Of a stretch of 64,000 nt of DNA, positions 40,527 through 50,780 are shown piece by piece (the first letter of the stretch is position 1; every line of letters starts with the position of its first letter). This DNA is from an uncultured Chloroflexia bacterium. GTDB taxonomy: Bacteria > Chloroflexota > Limnocylindria > QHBO01. Below the pieces are notes generated by a model, which made no database searches, was not told where the DNA came from, and saw only the letters and a program-made list of their open reading frames with translations. The stretch covers positions 283,244 through 347,243 of the forward strand of contig CAWFCQ010000007.1 in assembly GCA_963814375.1 (NCBI GenBank). The letters run 5' to 3'. Made by a program: the position numbers and the translations under genes.

Positions 40527-42989
40527 ATGGACGCCAGCCCCACACAAGCATCGCCAGCCTCGACGACCTTCGCTCCGCGCTGGGAGTGGCGCACCTTCGG
40601 TGAGGCGCTGCGCGCCGACGAGCGCGCCTTCTCGACGCCGGAAGCCGTGCAGGAGAGCGACGAGGTCTACCTGCTGGCCGGGGGCGGCGAGGCAACGCCC
40701 GATGCGTCGGTGGGGACGCAGAGCGCGAAGATCCGCGACGGCCTGATCGACATCAAGACGCTCAAGGAGGTCGACGCCCGGGGCCTCGAGCAGTGGAACC
40801 CGACGATGAAGGAGCCATTCCCGCTCTCCGCTGAGAATGCCGCGCGCGTCTTCGCTGCCCTGAGGATCGCACCGCCACCGCTCGAGCGCTCCGAGTACTC
40901 GATGGAGCAGTTCCTCGACGAGCTGATGGAGCCGGCCGGCGGCGTCCGCGTCGTCCGCGTGCACAAGCTCCGGCGCCGGTACACGGTGAATGGCTGCATG
41001 GCCGAGGTCTCCGACGTGGAGGCGAATGGCCGGCGGACGCGCACCATCGCGATCGAGAGCACCGATGCTGACGCGGTGATGACGGCAATCCGGTCCGGCA
41101 GCCTGGGACAGTACCTCAACGTCAGCTACCCGCGCGGCCTCTCGGACCTGTTGGGCGGCTCGATGGGCCGCTATGCCGTGATCGACGTCGGGACCAACTC
41201 GGTGAAGCTCCACGTGGCCGAGCGCCAGGCAGACGGGTCATGGCGGCGGATGGCCGATCGCGCCGTGATGAGCCGCCTGGGCGAGGGGCTGAGTCCCGGC
41301 GGCGACATCGGGCCCGAGCCGCTGGGCCGCACCGCTGCCGCCATCGCGGGCATGGCCGACGACGCTCGGCGGGCAGGAGCCACGCAGCTCGTCGCCGTCG
41401 GCACCGCCGGCCTGCGATCCGCACGCAACGGCAAGGAAGTCGTCGACGAGATCGAGAAGCGCACCGGGGTAGCCGTCGAGATCATCAGCGGCGAGGAGGA
41501 AGCGCGCCTCGCGTATCACGCCACCGCGGTCGCCGCCGGCGTGGGCACGGGCCGTGTCACGGTCTTCGACACCGGCGGCGGCAGCTCACAATTCACCTTC
41601 GGTGCGGGCGGCGACGTGAGTGAGCGCTTCAGCGTGGACGTCGGCGCGGTGCGGATGACCGAGCGCTTTGGTCTCGATCAGGCAGTGCCGCTCGAGGGCC
41701 TGGCCGCCGCGCTCGAGGGGATCGGCGCCGACCTGGCTGCCCTCGACGATCGAGAGCCGCCCGACGCGCTCATCGGCATGGGCGGCGCCATCACGAACCT
41801 GGCGGCGGTGCATCTCGCCATGGAAACCTACGACCCCGACGCCGTCCAGGGGCACGTGCTCGACAAGGCCGAGATCGAGAGACAGATCGAGCTCTACCGC
41901 TCGCAGGGCGCCGAGGAACGACGATCGATCGTCGGCCTCCAGCCGAGCCGGGCCGAGGTGATCCTCGCCGGCGCGTGCATCGTGCGAACGGTGATGGACA
42001 AGCTGGGCGCGGATGCGCTCACGGTGAGCGACCGCGGGCTGCGGCACGGTGTGCTGCTCGAGCGATTCGGAACCGAGGAAGGAACGCCACAGATGGCCAA
42101 GAAGTCGACTCCGCCCGCTCGTCGGGCCCCTCGCCGCAAGGCGGCAGCGCCGGAGGCTCCGGCCGAGACGGCCAAGCCACGCACGGCATCGGCGTCAACC
42201 GACAGCGGTGGTGCTTCCGCCGACCCGGCAGATGCAACGCCGCGACTCTCGGATTCCGAGCTCAATGAGCTGATGAAGATCATCAAGGGTGTCGACAGCG
42301 TCGAGCTGAAGCTCACGATCCCCGCGGGGATGCAGCGGGCGACGATCCGCGGCCTGCCGATCGATCCCGTCGAGGCGCAGCCGAGGCAGGTCTTCTTCTT
42401 CGACACTCCCGACCTGGCGCTCAACAACGCCGGCGTGATCGTGCGGGCCCGGCGCATCCAGGGTGGCAAGGCGGACACGGTGGTGAAGCTTCGGCCCGTC
42501 GTGCCCGATGAGCTGCCTGAAGAGATTCGCAAGTCAGGCGCGTTCAAGACCGAGGTCGATGTCGTCCCTGGCGGCTTCGTATGCTCCGGGTCGTTCAAGG
42601 GAACCTCGAGCGGCCAAGCGGTCCTCGACGCGATCGCCGGCGACAGGCCGATCCGGAAGCTGTTCAGCAAGGAGCAGCGCGCCTTCTACGCCGCGCACGC
42701 TCCGGAGGGGCTCGACCTGGACGGACTGACGACCCTCGGGCCGACGTTCCTCCTGAAGGGAACCTTCACGCCGAAGGAGATCGACCGCCGGTTCGTCGTC
42801 GAGATGTGGCTCTACCCGGACGGCTCTCGAATCCTCGAGCTGTCGACGAAGGCCATGCCGTCGGAGGCGTTCCAGGTCGCGGCCGAGACGCGTGCCTACC
42901 TGACCGGCCTGGGCATCAGCCTGGGCGGGGCCCAGGAGCCGAAGACTCGGGCAGCCCTCGAGTACTACGCCAAGGAGCTCGAGGGATAG
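40527..42989 (+). CDS. CYTH-like + Ppx/GppA + CYTH-like protein (may be two genes)
   Basis: PRWEWRTFG N-domain; VIDVGTNSVK, SGEEEARL, DTGGGSSQ, GLRHG (Ppx); SVELKL..FFDTPDLAL..VRARR..DTVVKLRP (CYTH). Confidence 0.85.
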   Translation: MDASPTQASPASTTFAPRWEWRTFGEALRADERAFSTPEAVQESDEVYLLAGGGEATPDASVGTQSAKIRDGLIDIKTLKEVDARGLEQWNPTMKEPFPLSAENAARVFAALRIAPPPLERSEYSMEQFLDELMEPAGGVRVVRVHKLRRRYTVNGCMAEVSDVEANGRRTRTIAIESTDADAVMTAIRSGSLGQYLNVSYPRGLSDLLGGSMGRYAVIDVGTNSVKLHVAERQADGSWRRMADRAVMSRLGEGLSPGGDIGPEPLGRTAAAIAGMADDARRAGATQLVAVGTAGLRSARNGKEVVDEIEKRTGVAVEIISGEEEARLAYHATAVAAGVGTGRVTVFDTGGGSSQFTFGAGGDVSERFSVDVGAVRMTERFGLDQAVPLEGLAAALEGIGADLAALDDREPPDALIGMGGAITNLAAVHLAMETYDPDAVQGHVLDKAEIERQIELYRSQGAEERRSIVGLQPSRAEVILAGACIVRTVMDKLGADALTVSDRGLRHGVLLERFGTEEGTPQMAKKSTPPARRAPRRKAAAPEAPAETAKPRTASASTDSGGASADPADATPRLSDSELNELMKIIKGVDSVELKLTIPAGMQRATIRGLPIDPVEAQPRQVFFFDTPDLALNNAGVIVRARRIQGGKADTVVKLRPVVPDELPEEIRKSGAFKTEVDVVPGGFVCSGSFKGTSSGQAVLDAIAGDRPIRKLFSKEQRAFYAAHAPEGLDLDGLTTLGPTFLLKGTFTPKEIDRRFVVEMWLYPDGSRILELSTKAMPSEAFQVAAETRAYLTGLGISLGGAQEPKTRAALEYYAKELEG

Positions 42990-43050
42990 GGCTCCGCGCT
43001 CTCGCGCGATTCATGTCAACGGCTGTCGCATCGGAGACCACGATGTCGGC

Positions 43051-43963
43051 ATGACTGTCGTCGACTGGCTGCTCGACTCCGATCCCGCCATCCGCTGGCA
43101 GGTGATGCGCGATCTGACCGATGCACCCGCCGCCGAGGTGGCGGCCGAGCGAGCGCGCATCGCGCGCGAGGGCTGGGGCGCACGGATCCTCGCGGCGCAG
43201 GACCCCGACGGCCGATGGAACGGCGGCACGCTGCTTCCCTTCTGGATCTCGACGGCCCACGCGCTCCAGCTGCTGTACATCGTTCGGACTCGACCCCACC
43301 AGCGAGGAGGCTCGACGGGCCATCGCGCCGGTTCACGAGGCGGCGCGCTGGGAGTACGACGCGAGCATGCGATTCTTCGACGGTGAGGTCGAGCCGTGCA
43401 TCAATGGCCGCACCGTCGCGATCGGCGGGTACTTCGGTCAGAAAGTGAGCGGAATCGTCGACCGCCTGCTGACCGACCAGATGGCCGACGGGGGTTGGAA
43501 CTGCGAGCAGGAGCGCGGCTCGACTCGCGGGTCGTTCGACTCGACCCTCAACGTCCTGGAAGGTCTGCTCGAGTTCGAGCGCACGACCGGCGCGACTGTT
43601 GACGTCGTCGCGGCGCGGGAGCGAGGTGAGGAGTACCTGCTCGAGCGTCGCCTTCTGCGCCGGCTGTCGGACGGCGAGATCGGCCAGAAGCGCTGGCTGT
43701 ACGCGGGCTTCCCGGAGGCGTGGTTCTACACGCTCCCCCGCGTGCTGGACTACTTCCGTCGGGCGCGCCAGGCGCCGGACGAGCGGATGGCCGAGGCGAT
43801 CGACATCGTCGAGTCGAAGCGCGACACGAGCGGCCGGTGGCCGCTCGACCACGCGTACAACGACGCGGCGCTCGTCGATTTCGGCGAGGCCGAGGGACAG
43901 CCGAGCCGATGGATCACGCTCCGCGCCCTCCGCGTGATGCGCTGGGCGGATCGAGGCGGGTGA
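43051..43963 (+). CDS. Prenyltransferase/squalene-cyclase-repeat-like protein; frameshift near 43279
   Basis: WLLDSDPAIRWQV, Q..DG.W repeats, EPCING, GGWNCE, PSRWITLRA. Confidence 0.8.
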
Positions 43964-43967
43964 CGAA

Positions 43968-43995
43968 CGAGCCGCCGGGCGGACCGGGCGGCTCG
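43968..43995. terminator. Hairpin between convergent genes
   Basis: cgagccgcc / ggcggctcg stem. Confidence 0.6.
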
Positions 43996-44011
43996 CATGC
44001 CTCGTCTCGGA

Positions 44012-45640
44012 TCAGCTGCCGGGCACGTGCATCAGCAGCAGCTGGCCGTCTTCGCGACGCGTCTGGTACGTCAGGAGTGGACCGCCCAACGGCGTTTGGT
44101 AGGTAAGCCCCGACGGCCCAAGCGTCTTGTTTACGTGCGATTGGACGTCGAGCGCCCACCAGCCCGGCCCGAGCCACTTGCTCATGTCGATGATTCCGCT
44201 CGACTCCCCAGCCGCTGGCGCGGTCGGATGGGTGACGGTTGCGACGTGGGTCCAGGTCGAGGCGAGGTCCCAGCGCCAGATCTTCGCGTTGCTGGCGTCC
44301 TCCTGGAGCATGAGGCTGCCGCTGCTGATATCGAGGTTGTCCGGAGCTCGGAAGCCGACACCCGGATCGATCACGTTGATCGTCGGCGTGGTCGGCGGGG
44401 TCGGATTCGTGAGCTGCTCGGCGAGGAGGCCCTGCGCCACGATCGAGAGCTCGTCGACGACCGTCGGGTCATCCTCGTTGAGGACCATCCTGAAGATGCG
44501 CCCGTCGGTGTTGAAGTAGGGCACGTCGGCGGCGGCCGCTCGGAAGAGCCGGCCGGTCGCCGGATCTTCCCTGAGCCGTGTCGACCCGGTATCGGCGAAG
44601 TACACGACCCTTGCATCGTCGGGGTCGTAGGCCATGTCCTCGACGCGCACGAACTGGAAGACATTGTTCGCATTCGACCAGTTTTCCAGCGCGGTCTGGG
44701 GCGGATCGGCCGTCGTGCCTCGGGCGACCGCATCGGGTACGGCGATGAATTCGCCGGACCACGTGTCGCCGGGCTCGATCTCGAGATAGTCGTTGGCGTT
44801 GTTCTGGGGATCTGCCGGATTGACCGGGCCGGCATCGGTGCCGGTCACGCGGAAGGCCCACAGGTCGCCGTCATCGGCGACGAGGGCACCGGGGTTGGCC
44901 GCCGTCGTCATGTACAGCTGCGAGGTCGGCGGCAGGAAGGTGTCATCGCCCGAGAGGGCGATCGTGTCGTCCCATCCCCCGGGCACTACGACCGAGTTCT
45001 CGTGATTGTGGCGGCCGAACACGGGAATCTCGTCGTATGCGCCGGTCTTCGTGTTCAGTGCCACCGTGTAGCCGGCCTGGCGGTACGGGCTGATCGAGGG
45101 ATCGGCTCCGTAGGGCGCCCCCGCGGGCACGTCGATGATGTCGTTCGACTCCTCGTTGACGAAGAAGGTGTAGTCGCGGAATCCCTCGGTCGGTCCCGCC
45201 ATGAAGGCCGAGCAGAAGCGGATGAAGCCGGCTGATGGCGGAAGAACCTCGTCGAGCTTCGTCAGCTGCATCGTCTTGAGATCGAGCCTCGCGCGCTGGA
45301 CCGACGAGTCCTCGAAGTCGGCGAAGCCCTGGAAGGGGACGTGCGACTGCTCGAACGCGACATACAGGTCCACGTAACGCTTGCCCTGGCCGACCGGGAT
45401 CACGCCGAGCCCGTCAGGGATGCCCTCGAAGGTGACTCCGTCGAACGTGTCACCCGAATTGATGAGCGCGACGACGCTGCCCCCGGCCGCGGCGGGCGTG
45501 AGCGTCACGTACTCGAAGCTCGGATTCGGGAAGCGAGCGGTGCCGAGCGTCGATGCCGGGATGGCCACGGCGAGCGCCATCGCGACCGTCAACGCGGTCA
45601 GTGATGCCCTTCGCCGGCGAGTGATGAGGCGCGCGTGCAT
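44012..45640 (-). CDS. phoX: PhoX-family (DUF839) secreted alkaline phosphatase
   Basis: Signal peptide; PDGLG, RFCSA, GRHNHEN, RVED, PDNL, QED, ESSG, DVQSH. Confidence 0.8.
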   Translation of the reverse strand: MHARLITRRRRASLTALTVAMALAVAIPASTLGTARFPNPSFEYVTLTPAAAGGSVVALINSGDTFDGVTFEGIPDGLGVIPVGQGKRYVDLYVAFEQSHVPFQGFADFEDSSVQRARLDLKTMQLTKLDEVLPPSAGFIRFCSAFMAGPTEGFRDYTFFVNEESNDIIDVPAGAPYGADPSISPYRQAGYTVALNTKTGAYDEIPVFGRHNHENSVVVPGGWDDTIALSGDDTFLPPTSQLYMTTAANPGALVADDGDLWAFRVTGTDAGPVNPADPQNNANDYLEIEPGDTWSGEFIAVPDAVARGTTADPPQTALENWSNANNVFQFVRVEDMAYDPDDARVVYFADTGSTRLREDPATGRLFRAAAADVPYFNTDGRIFRMVLNEDDPTVVDELSIVAQGLLAEQLTNPTPPTTPTINVIDPGVGFRAPDNLDISSGSLMLQEDASNAKIWRWDLASTWTHVATVTHPTAPAAGESSGIIDMSKWLGPGWWALDVQSHVNKTLGPSGLTYQTPLGGPLLTYQTRREDGQLLLMHVPGS

Positions 45641-45812
45641 TGCAGACTCCTCCCTTGCGCCCCGTCCGCAGCCACGGCAGCTCGGCGCGGTCGGTCCGGT
45701 GTGGTGTGGTACGGAGCATCATGCCACTCGCCTGCTTCGGTGGCAGTCGCCCCGCAGGATTCGCCGGTGCGCTTGGGCACCGGAGAGCTGAGGATGAACC
45801 GCCTCACCTGTC

Positions 45813-45856
45813 TGGCCCTATGAATTGCACCGATACCGACGCATATCGCAGGGCCA
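45813..45856. promoter_or_regulatory. Candidate MocR operator TGGCCCT..AGGGCCA
   Basis: Inverted 7-mers directly upstream of the MocR gene. Confidence 0.45.
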
Positions 45857-45860
45857 ACTA

Positions 45861-47372
45861 ATGCTCTCAACACCGATCATTCTCGAACGCTCGAGTGGGC
45901 AGCCGCTCTACCGCCAGATCGAGGCGCAGCTGCGCGAGGCAATCCTCGACCGCCGTCTCCGCCCTGGAGGACGCCTCCCGAGCGTGCGACGGCTTGCGGC
46001 CGAGCTGGGCGTCGCGCGCATCACCATCGTCACCGCCTACGACCAGCTGGCGGCCGAGGGGTACATCGAGGGGCGAACGGGAGCTGGCACCAGGGTGACC
46101 GATGAGCTTCCGGAGCGCTGGATGCGGGTCCGGTCCGAGTCGATCCGGCGCCGCCGGCAGGATCCGGACGTGCGTCTTCCCGGCCTCAGCGCGCATGCCT
46201 TCCCGGCGCCGTTCTTCGAGGCTCGCAACCCGTTCGTGGCGGGCGACGCCGCGATCGAGTACGACTTCACGACCGGTTCCACGAGCCTGGGGCTCTTCCC
46301 GCAGGACACCTGGGAGCGGATGCTGCGCACCGCCTGGCGCCAGCTGGCCACAGGAGGCTCGGGACTGACCGACTACCGGGAGCCCGCGGGCGATCGGCTG
46401 CTGCGAGAAGCTTTGGCGGAGCATCTGGGCGCATCACGCGCGGTGCGGGCGGACGCGGACGACATCATCATCACCGCCGGGGCGCAGGGTGCCATGAAGG
46501 CGGCGGTGCGGCTCTGGCTCGACCCGTCGCGGCGCTACGTGGTCGAAGACCCGGGCGGGCCGCATCTATGGCGCACGTTCCAGGTCTCGGGCGCCGAGAT
46601 GGTCGGCGTTCCGGTCGACCGCCACGGCCTGGTCGTCGAGCGGCTGCCGGAGTCTGCGACGATGGTGCTCGTGACGCCTTCGTGGCAGTATCCCGCCGGC
46701 GGGACGCTGCCGCTGTCCCGCCGCATGCGGCTGCTTGACTGGGCACGCGATGCCGGCGCGGTCGTCATCGAGGACGACTGTGACAGCGAGCTGCGGTACG
46801 AAGGGCACCCGCTCGCTTCGCTCCAGGGACTCGACGCCGAGGGTCGGGTCCTCTACGTCGGCACCTTCAGCAAGGTGATGTTCCCCGGCCTGCGCACGGG
46901 CTACGCGGTCGCTCCCAAGCGGGCGGCCATGCCGTTCCGGGCGATGGTGGAGGCGCTCGACCGGGGTCCCGGCGCCGTCGAGCAGCGGGCCTTGGCGCTT
47001 TTCATCGGAGAGGGCCACTTCGAGCGGCATCTCCGCCGCCTGCGCCTCGCCTTCGCCGAGCGTCAGGAGGCCATGATCTCCGCCCTCGAGCGTGAGCTCG
47101 GGTGGCTGGTCGAGGTCAGCCGAGCCCCGGCCGGGACGCACGTGGTCGCCACGATCGCCGACGACCCCTGGACGGCGAGGTCGCTCGCGGCGACGGCCGC
47201 GTCGGCGGGCATCCTCGTCGAGCCACTCTCCTTCTCGCGCCTGGAGCCGGCGCCGGACCGCGAGCTCCTCTTCCACTACGGCCGCCACACTCCGATGCAG
47301 ATCCACGGCGGCATCAGGCACTTGGCACGGGCCCTGGGTCGATCGCGGCGCCTCGCCGCGCGCGGGGCGTAG
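45861..47372 (+). CDS. MocR/GabR family regulator (GntR HTH + PLP domain)
   Basis: LPSVRRLAAELGVAR, VTPSWQYP, IEDD.DSE, GTFSK. Confidence 0.95.
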   Translation: MLSTPIILERSSGQPLYRQIEAQLREAILDRRLRPGGRLPSVRRLAAELGVARITIVTAYDQLAAEGYIEGRTGAGTRVTDELPERWMRVRSESIRRRRQDPDVRLPGLSAHAFPAPFFEARNPFVAGDAAIEYDFTTGSTSLGLFPQDTWERMLRTAWRQLATGGSGLTDYREPAGDRLLREALAEHLGASRAVRADADDIIITAGAQGAMKAAVRLWLDPSRRYVVEDPGGPHLWRTFQVSGAEMVGVPVDRHGLVVERLPESATMVLVTPSWQYPAGGTLPLSRRMRLLDWARDAGAVVIEDDCDSELRYEGHPLASLQGLDAEGRVLYVGTFSKVMFPGLRTGYAVAPKRAAMPFRAMVEALDRGPGAVEQRALALFIGEGHFERHLRRLRLAFAERQEAMISALERELGWLVEVSRAPAGTHVVATIADDPWTARSLAATAASAGILVEPLSFSRLEPAPDRELLFHYGRHTPMQIHGGIRHLARALGRSRRLAARGA

Positions 47373-47378
47373 ACGTAA

Positions 47379-47406
47379 AGCGAGGGCGCCACCCGGCGCC
47401 CTCGCT
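47379..47406. terminator. Hairpin between convergent genes
   Basis: agcgagggcgcc / ggcgccctcgct perfect 12-bp stem. Confidence 0.75.
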
Positions 47407-47423
47407 CCGTCAGTCAATCCCAG

Positions 47424-49490
47424 CTAGTCGGCACTCACCACCTTCGCCAGCTTGTGGGCCTGCCAGCCCCAGAAGGGCGAGTCAAGCTCGAGTGGCCCGT
47501 CGCTGTACTGCATGCCGGCTGACAGGCCATCGGCGTTGATGTTCGACCACCCGAACAGGTACGGCTGAAGCTCCTGCATCCGCTCCTGGTACTCGAAGTA
47601 GATCTCGGTACGTTCCTCCTGGTCGGAGGTCGCGATGCCGGCCTCGATCAGCTCGTCGATGCGGCCGTCCTGGAGGCAGACGTAGTTGTACGTGCCCGGC
47701 TGCTCCTCGCTCGTGCACTGCGAGCTGTGGAACAACGCGTAGGGATCCGGATCCACCCCAACTCCCCAACCACCAAAGTACGCGGCCCATGGCTCGTCCT
47801 GCCCCGGCGGGATGTGCGGGTAGCTCAGCGACGGCGTGAGGACGGTCTGGAAGTCCGCGGCCTCCACATCGAGCTCGATGCCGCAGTCGAGAACCTCCTC
47901 GGCCAGCAGGTCCATGAAGTCGATCCGATCCTGCTGCCCGGCGCGCACCAGCACGTGCGCCGAGAGGCGGTCACCGTCCTCGTTCACGTAGATGCCATCG
48001 TCGCCCATCGTCCACGTGTGGACGGTCGCGCTCTCGATGAGCGCCTTGCCCGCATCCACGTCGCGCGGCACCGTCACCACGTCGGGATTGAAGGCCCACG
48101 ACGCCGGCGGGACGTCGGCCTCGATCGCCACACCGTTCCCATCGGTCGCGATCTCGACGAGATTCGCCTTGTCGATGCAGACCTGCATCGCCTGGCGCAG
48201 GTTGATGTCGTAGAACCAGCCCTGCCACTCGGAACCATCGGCGAGAGTGGTCGATTCGTGCATGTTGTATTGAAGCTCGTAGTGGCCGAACTGGTTGTAC
48301 TCGGCGAGCTTCACCCGGCCATCGTCGATCGCGCCGGCCACCGCGGCCCGCGCGTCGGGCGTGAGCGTCGTGACCCAATCGACCTCACCGGCGGCAAGCG
48401 CGTTGGCGGCGACTGCGACATCGGTGAAGATCGGCATCTCGATGGTCCGCGTGACCGGCGTCCCCTGCCAGTAGTCCTCGAACGCCGTCAAGACGACCCC
48501 CTCGGTGCTAACTGACTCGACCATGTACGGCCCTGAGCCGACCGGCTCGCGGTTGAAGTCGAGCAGCTGGTACGCCGCCGCGATCGAATCGATCCCCTCG
48601 GTGGCCAGGCTGCCGGCCACGCTGGTGAGCGGCGCGATGAGGCTGTCGGCGAACGCGCAGCGGCCGTCGTCGGTCTCGTCCACGTCGGCCGTCTCTGGAT
48701 CGTCCTCCATCACGAAGTCGTCCACGCTGCCGTGGGCAATACCGGCACCGTCGAGGATCTCAGTCGCGGCTGCTGCCGCGGCGTCGCATGCAGCCGGATC
48801 CGCATTCTCGGCCGATGAGGTCGCCGTCAGCTCGTCGACCGCCGCCTGGACGGCGGCCGCCTCCAGGCCCTCGGTGCTGCCCGCATACCCGGCGTAGGAC
48901 TCTTCGATGACGGCGCGTGACTCAATGCCGATGGCCGGAAGGATCGACGTCGCAAAGGGGGCATACGGCGCGAGGAGCTGGAATCGGATCGTCGAGTCGT
49001 CGACGGCCTCCACGGACTCCACGAACGGCTCGATGCAGTTGGCCGGATTGAAGGTGCAGTTCGGGCTCAGCGCGAGCTGGTAGGTGAAGACGACGTCGTC
49101 GACCGTGATCGGGTCACCGTTGTGGAAGAGGGCGCCATCGACGAGCGTGCACGTCCACGTCAGCCCATCGGCGCTCACCTCGCAGAAGTCGGATGCCAGC
49201 TGTGGGACAGCCTCGAGCTTGTCGTTGATCGTGTACAGGTAGTCGTAGATCAATGCGGTGATGCGGCCGGTCGGGACGTCGGTGACGGCGTTCGACATGT
49301 TGCCGACCTGCGCATCGAGGGCCGTGACGATCGTGTCCGCGAACTCCTGCTCGCCGCTGCCCGACGGGGAGCCATCCGCGCCGGTGGGCCCAGGTTCTCC
49401 GTTGCTTCCGGTGCTGCCTGGTCCCCCGCAGGCGGCCAGCAGCAGCGATGCGGAGAGGAGCGCGACGACGCTCCGGTGACTTCGTCTCAT
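47424..49490 (-). CDS. Family 5 (Opp/Dpp) ABC substrate-binding lipoprotein
   Basis: LAAC lipobox; FHNGDPITVDDVVFT, PVGSGPY, LRQAM..IDK. Confidence 0.92.
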   Translation of the reverse strand: MRRSHRSVVALLSASLLLAACGGPGSTGSNGEPGPTGADGSPSGSGEQEFADTIVTALDAQVGNMSNAVTDVPTGRITALIYDYLYTINDKLEAVPQLASDFCEVSADGLTWTCTLVDGALFHNGDPITVDDVVFTYQLALSPNCTFNPANCIEPFVESVEAVDDSTIRFQLLAPYAPFATSILPAIGIESRAVIEESYAGYAGSTEGLEAAAVQAAVDELTATSSAENADPAACDAAAAAATEILDGAGIAHGSVDDFVMEDDPETADVDETDDGRCAFADSLIAPLTSVAGSLATEGIDSIAAAYQLLDFNREPVGSGPYMVESVSTEGVVLTAFEDYWQGTPVTRTIEMPIFTDVAVAANALAAGEVDWVTTLTPDARAAVAGAIDDGRVKLAEYNQFGHYELQYNMHESTTLADGSEWQGWFYDINLRQAMQVCIDKANLVEIATDGNGVAIEADVPPASWAFNPDVVTVPRDVDAGKALIESATVHTWTMGDDGIYVNEDGDRLSAHVLVRAGQQDRIDFMDLLAEEVLDCGIELDVEAADFQTVLTPSLSYPHIPPGQDEPWAAYFGGWGVGVDPDPYALFHSSQCTSEEQPGTYNYVCLQDGRIDELIEAGIATSDQEERTEIYFEYQERMQELQPYLFGWSNINADGLSAGMQYSDGPLELDSPFWGWQAHKLAKVVSAD

Positions 49491-49627
49491 GTCTCACTCC
49501 ATGCACTCGAGGGTGGACCGATGCGGGCACGGGCGCCTGCGCCCTCCCACCCACCATCCTTCGGGCACCGGACCGAGGCGCACAGGGACAACGCGGGGAG
49601 ATCGAGCAGGTACACCGACCGCGAACT

Positions 49628-49658
49628 TGGCCCTATCGCCTGGTCCTGGAATGGCCCT
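49628..49658. promoter_or_regulatory. TGG(C/T)CCT x3, candidate MocR sites
   Basis: Copies at 49628, 49641, 49652 upstream of the SBP gene. Confidence 0.45.
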
Positions 49659-49800
49659 TGCGGCCGGTGCGCTGCGGAGCGATGGTCTCAACCGAGAGGG
49701 AATGACGACGCGATTCCGCTCTCCGGTGGAGCGGTGGCCGGGGCACCTCAGGACTGCCCCGGCCTCCGCATTCCTCGGCCCGGGCTACGATCCGGAGCTC

Positions 49801-50472
49801 ATGGACCAGCCGCCGATCCGCTTCGAGCTGCGCCGAGGAGCGGTCACCGCCATCCCTCTCGCGATCGCCGTCGGCCTGTTCGGCGTCTCGTTCGGAGTGC
49901 TCTCCGCCACGAGCGGTGGCATGGGCGCCCTGCCCGCGGTCGTGATGAGCATCACGACCTTCGCTGGATCGGCGCAGTTCGCGGCCGCCTCCGTGCTCGG
50001 GAGCGGCGGCGGCCCCGCGGCGGCGATCGCGGCTGCGCTTCTGCTCAACGCTCGTTACCTGCCGATCGGGGTCAGCGTCGCGCCCTACCTCCCTGGCGGC
50101 CCGCTCCGCCGATTCGTCCTCTCCCAGCTCGTGGTCGACGAGTCATGGGCGATCGCGGCGCGGGGTGAGGGCGAGTTCGATGCCCACCGGCTGGTCGGAG
50201 CGGGCATCGTCCTGTGGCTGGCCTGGGTGGGCGGAACGATCGTCGGGGTCATCGGCGGCGAGGCGCTCGGTGACCCGGCGGCGCTGGGGCTCGATGCCGC
50301 CTTCCCCGCGCTCTTCCTGGCGCTCCTCGTCCCCCAGCTCAATGGACGACGAGCCATCGCCGCGGCGCTCGGAGGCGCGGCCATCGCGCTTGCGCTCGTC
50401 CCAATCGCTCCTCCCGGCGTGCCGATCATCGCCGCCGCCGCCGCGGCCCTTATCGGCCTCTGGCGCCGATGA
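49801..50472 (+). CDS. azlC: AzlC family exporter subunit
   Basis: FAGSAQF, NARYL, VDESWA, LDAAFPALFL. Confidence 0.9.
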   Translation: MDQPPIRFELRRGAVTAIPLAIAVGLFGVSFGVLSATSGGMGALPAVVMSITTFAGSAQFAAASVLGSGGGPAAAIAAALLLNARYLPIGVSVAPYLPGGPLRRFVLSQLVVDESWAIAARGEGEFDAHRLVGAGIVLWLAWVGGTIVGVIGGEALGDPAALGLDAAFPALFLALLVPQLNGRRAIAAALGGAAIALALVPIAPPGVPIIAAAAAALIGLWRR

Positions 50473-50780
50473 GCGATTCCTGGGTGGTCGTGATCGCCAT
50501 CGGGCTCGGCACGATCACCATCAAGGCCGCCGGTCCGGTCCTGCTCGGGAACCGGCCGCTTCCCGGAGCCGTCCGGTCGGTCGTTGCCCTGCTGGCGCCG
50601 GCGCTGCTCGCCGCGCTGGTCGCCACGACGGCCTTCGGCAGCGGCCAGGCGCTGGTGCTCGACGCCCGCGCCATCGGCCTCGCCGTTGCGGCGGTCGCGC
50701 TGATGCTGCGAGCGCCGATCCTGCTCGTCGTCGTGCTGGCCGCGGCATCGGCCGCTATTGCGCGGCTCCTTGTGGCGTGA
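50469..50780 (+). CDS. azlD: AzlD family membrane protein
   Basis: Coupled to azlC; KAAGP, PALLAALV. Confidence 0.88.
   Translation: MSDSWVVVIAIGLGTITIKAAGPVLLGNRPLPGAVRSVVALLAPALLAALVATTAFGSGQALVLDARAIGLAVAAVALMLRAPILLVVVLAAASAAIARLLVA

Noticed and set aside
43051-43963. Functional squalene-hopene cyclase
   Set aside because: About 300 aa and no DXDD motif; only QW-like repeats
45641-45812. Pho box or riboswitch upstream of phoX
   Set aside because: Only a single GTTCA on the minus strand, no 11-bp periodicity and no recognisable riboswitch core
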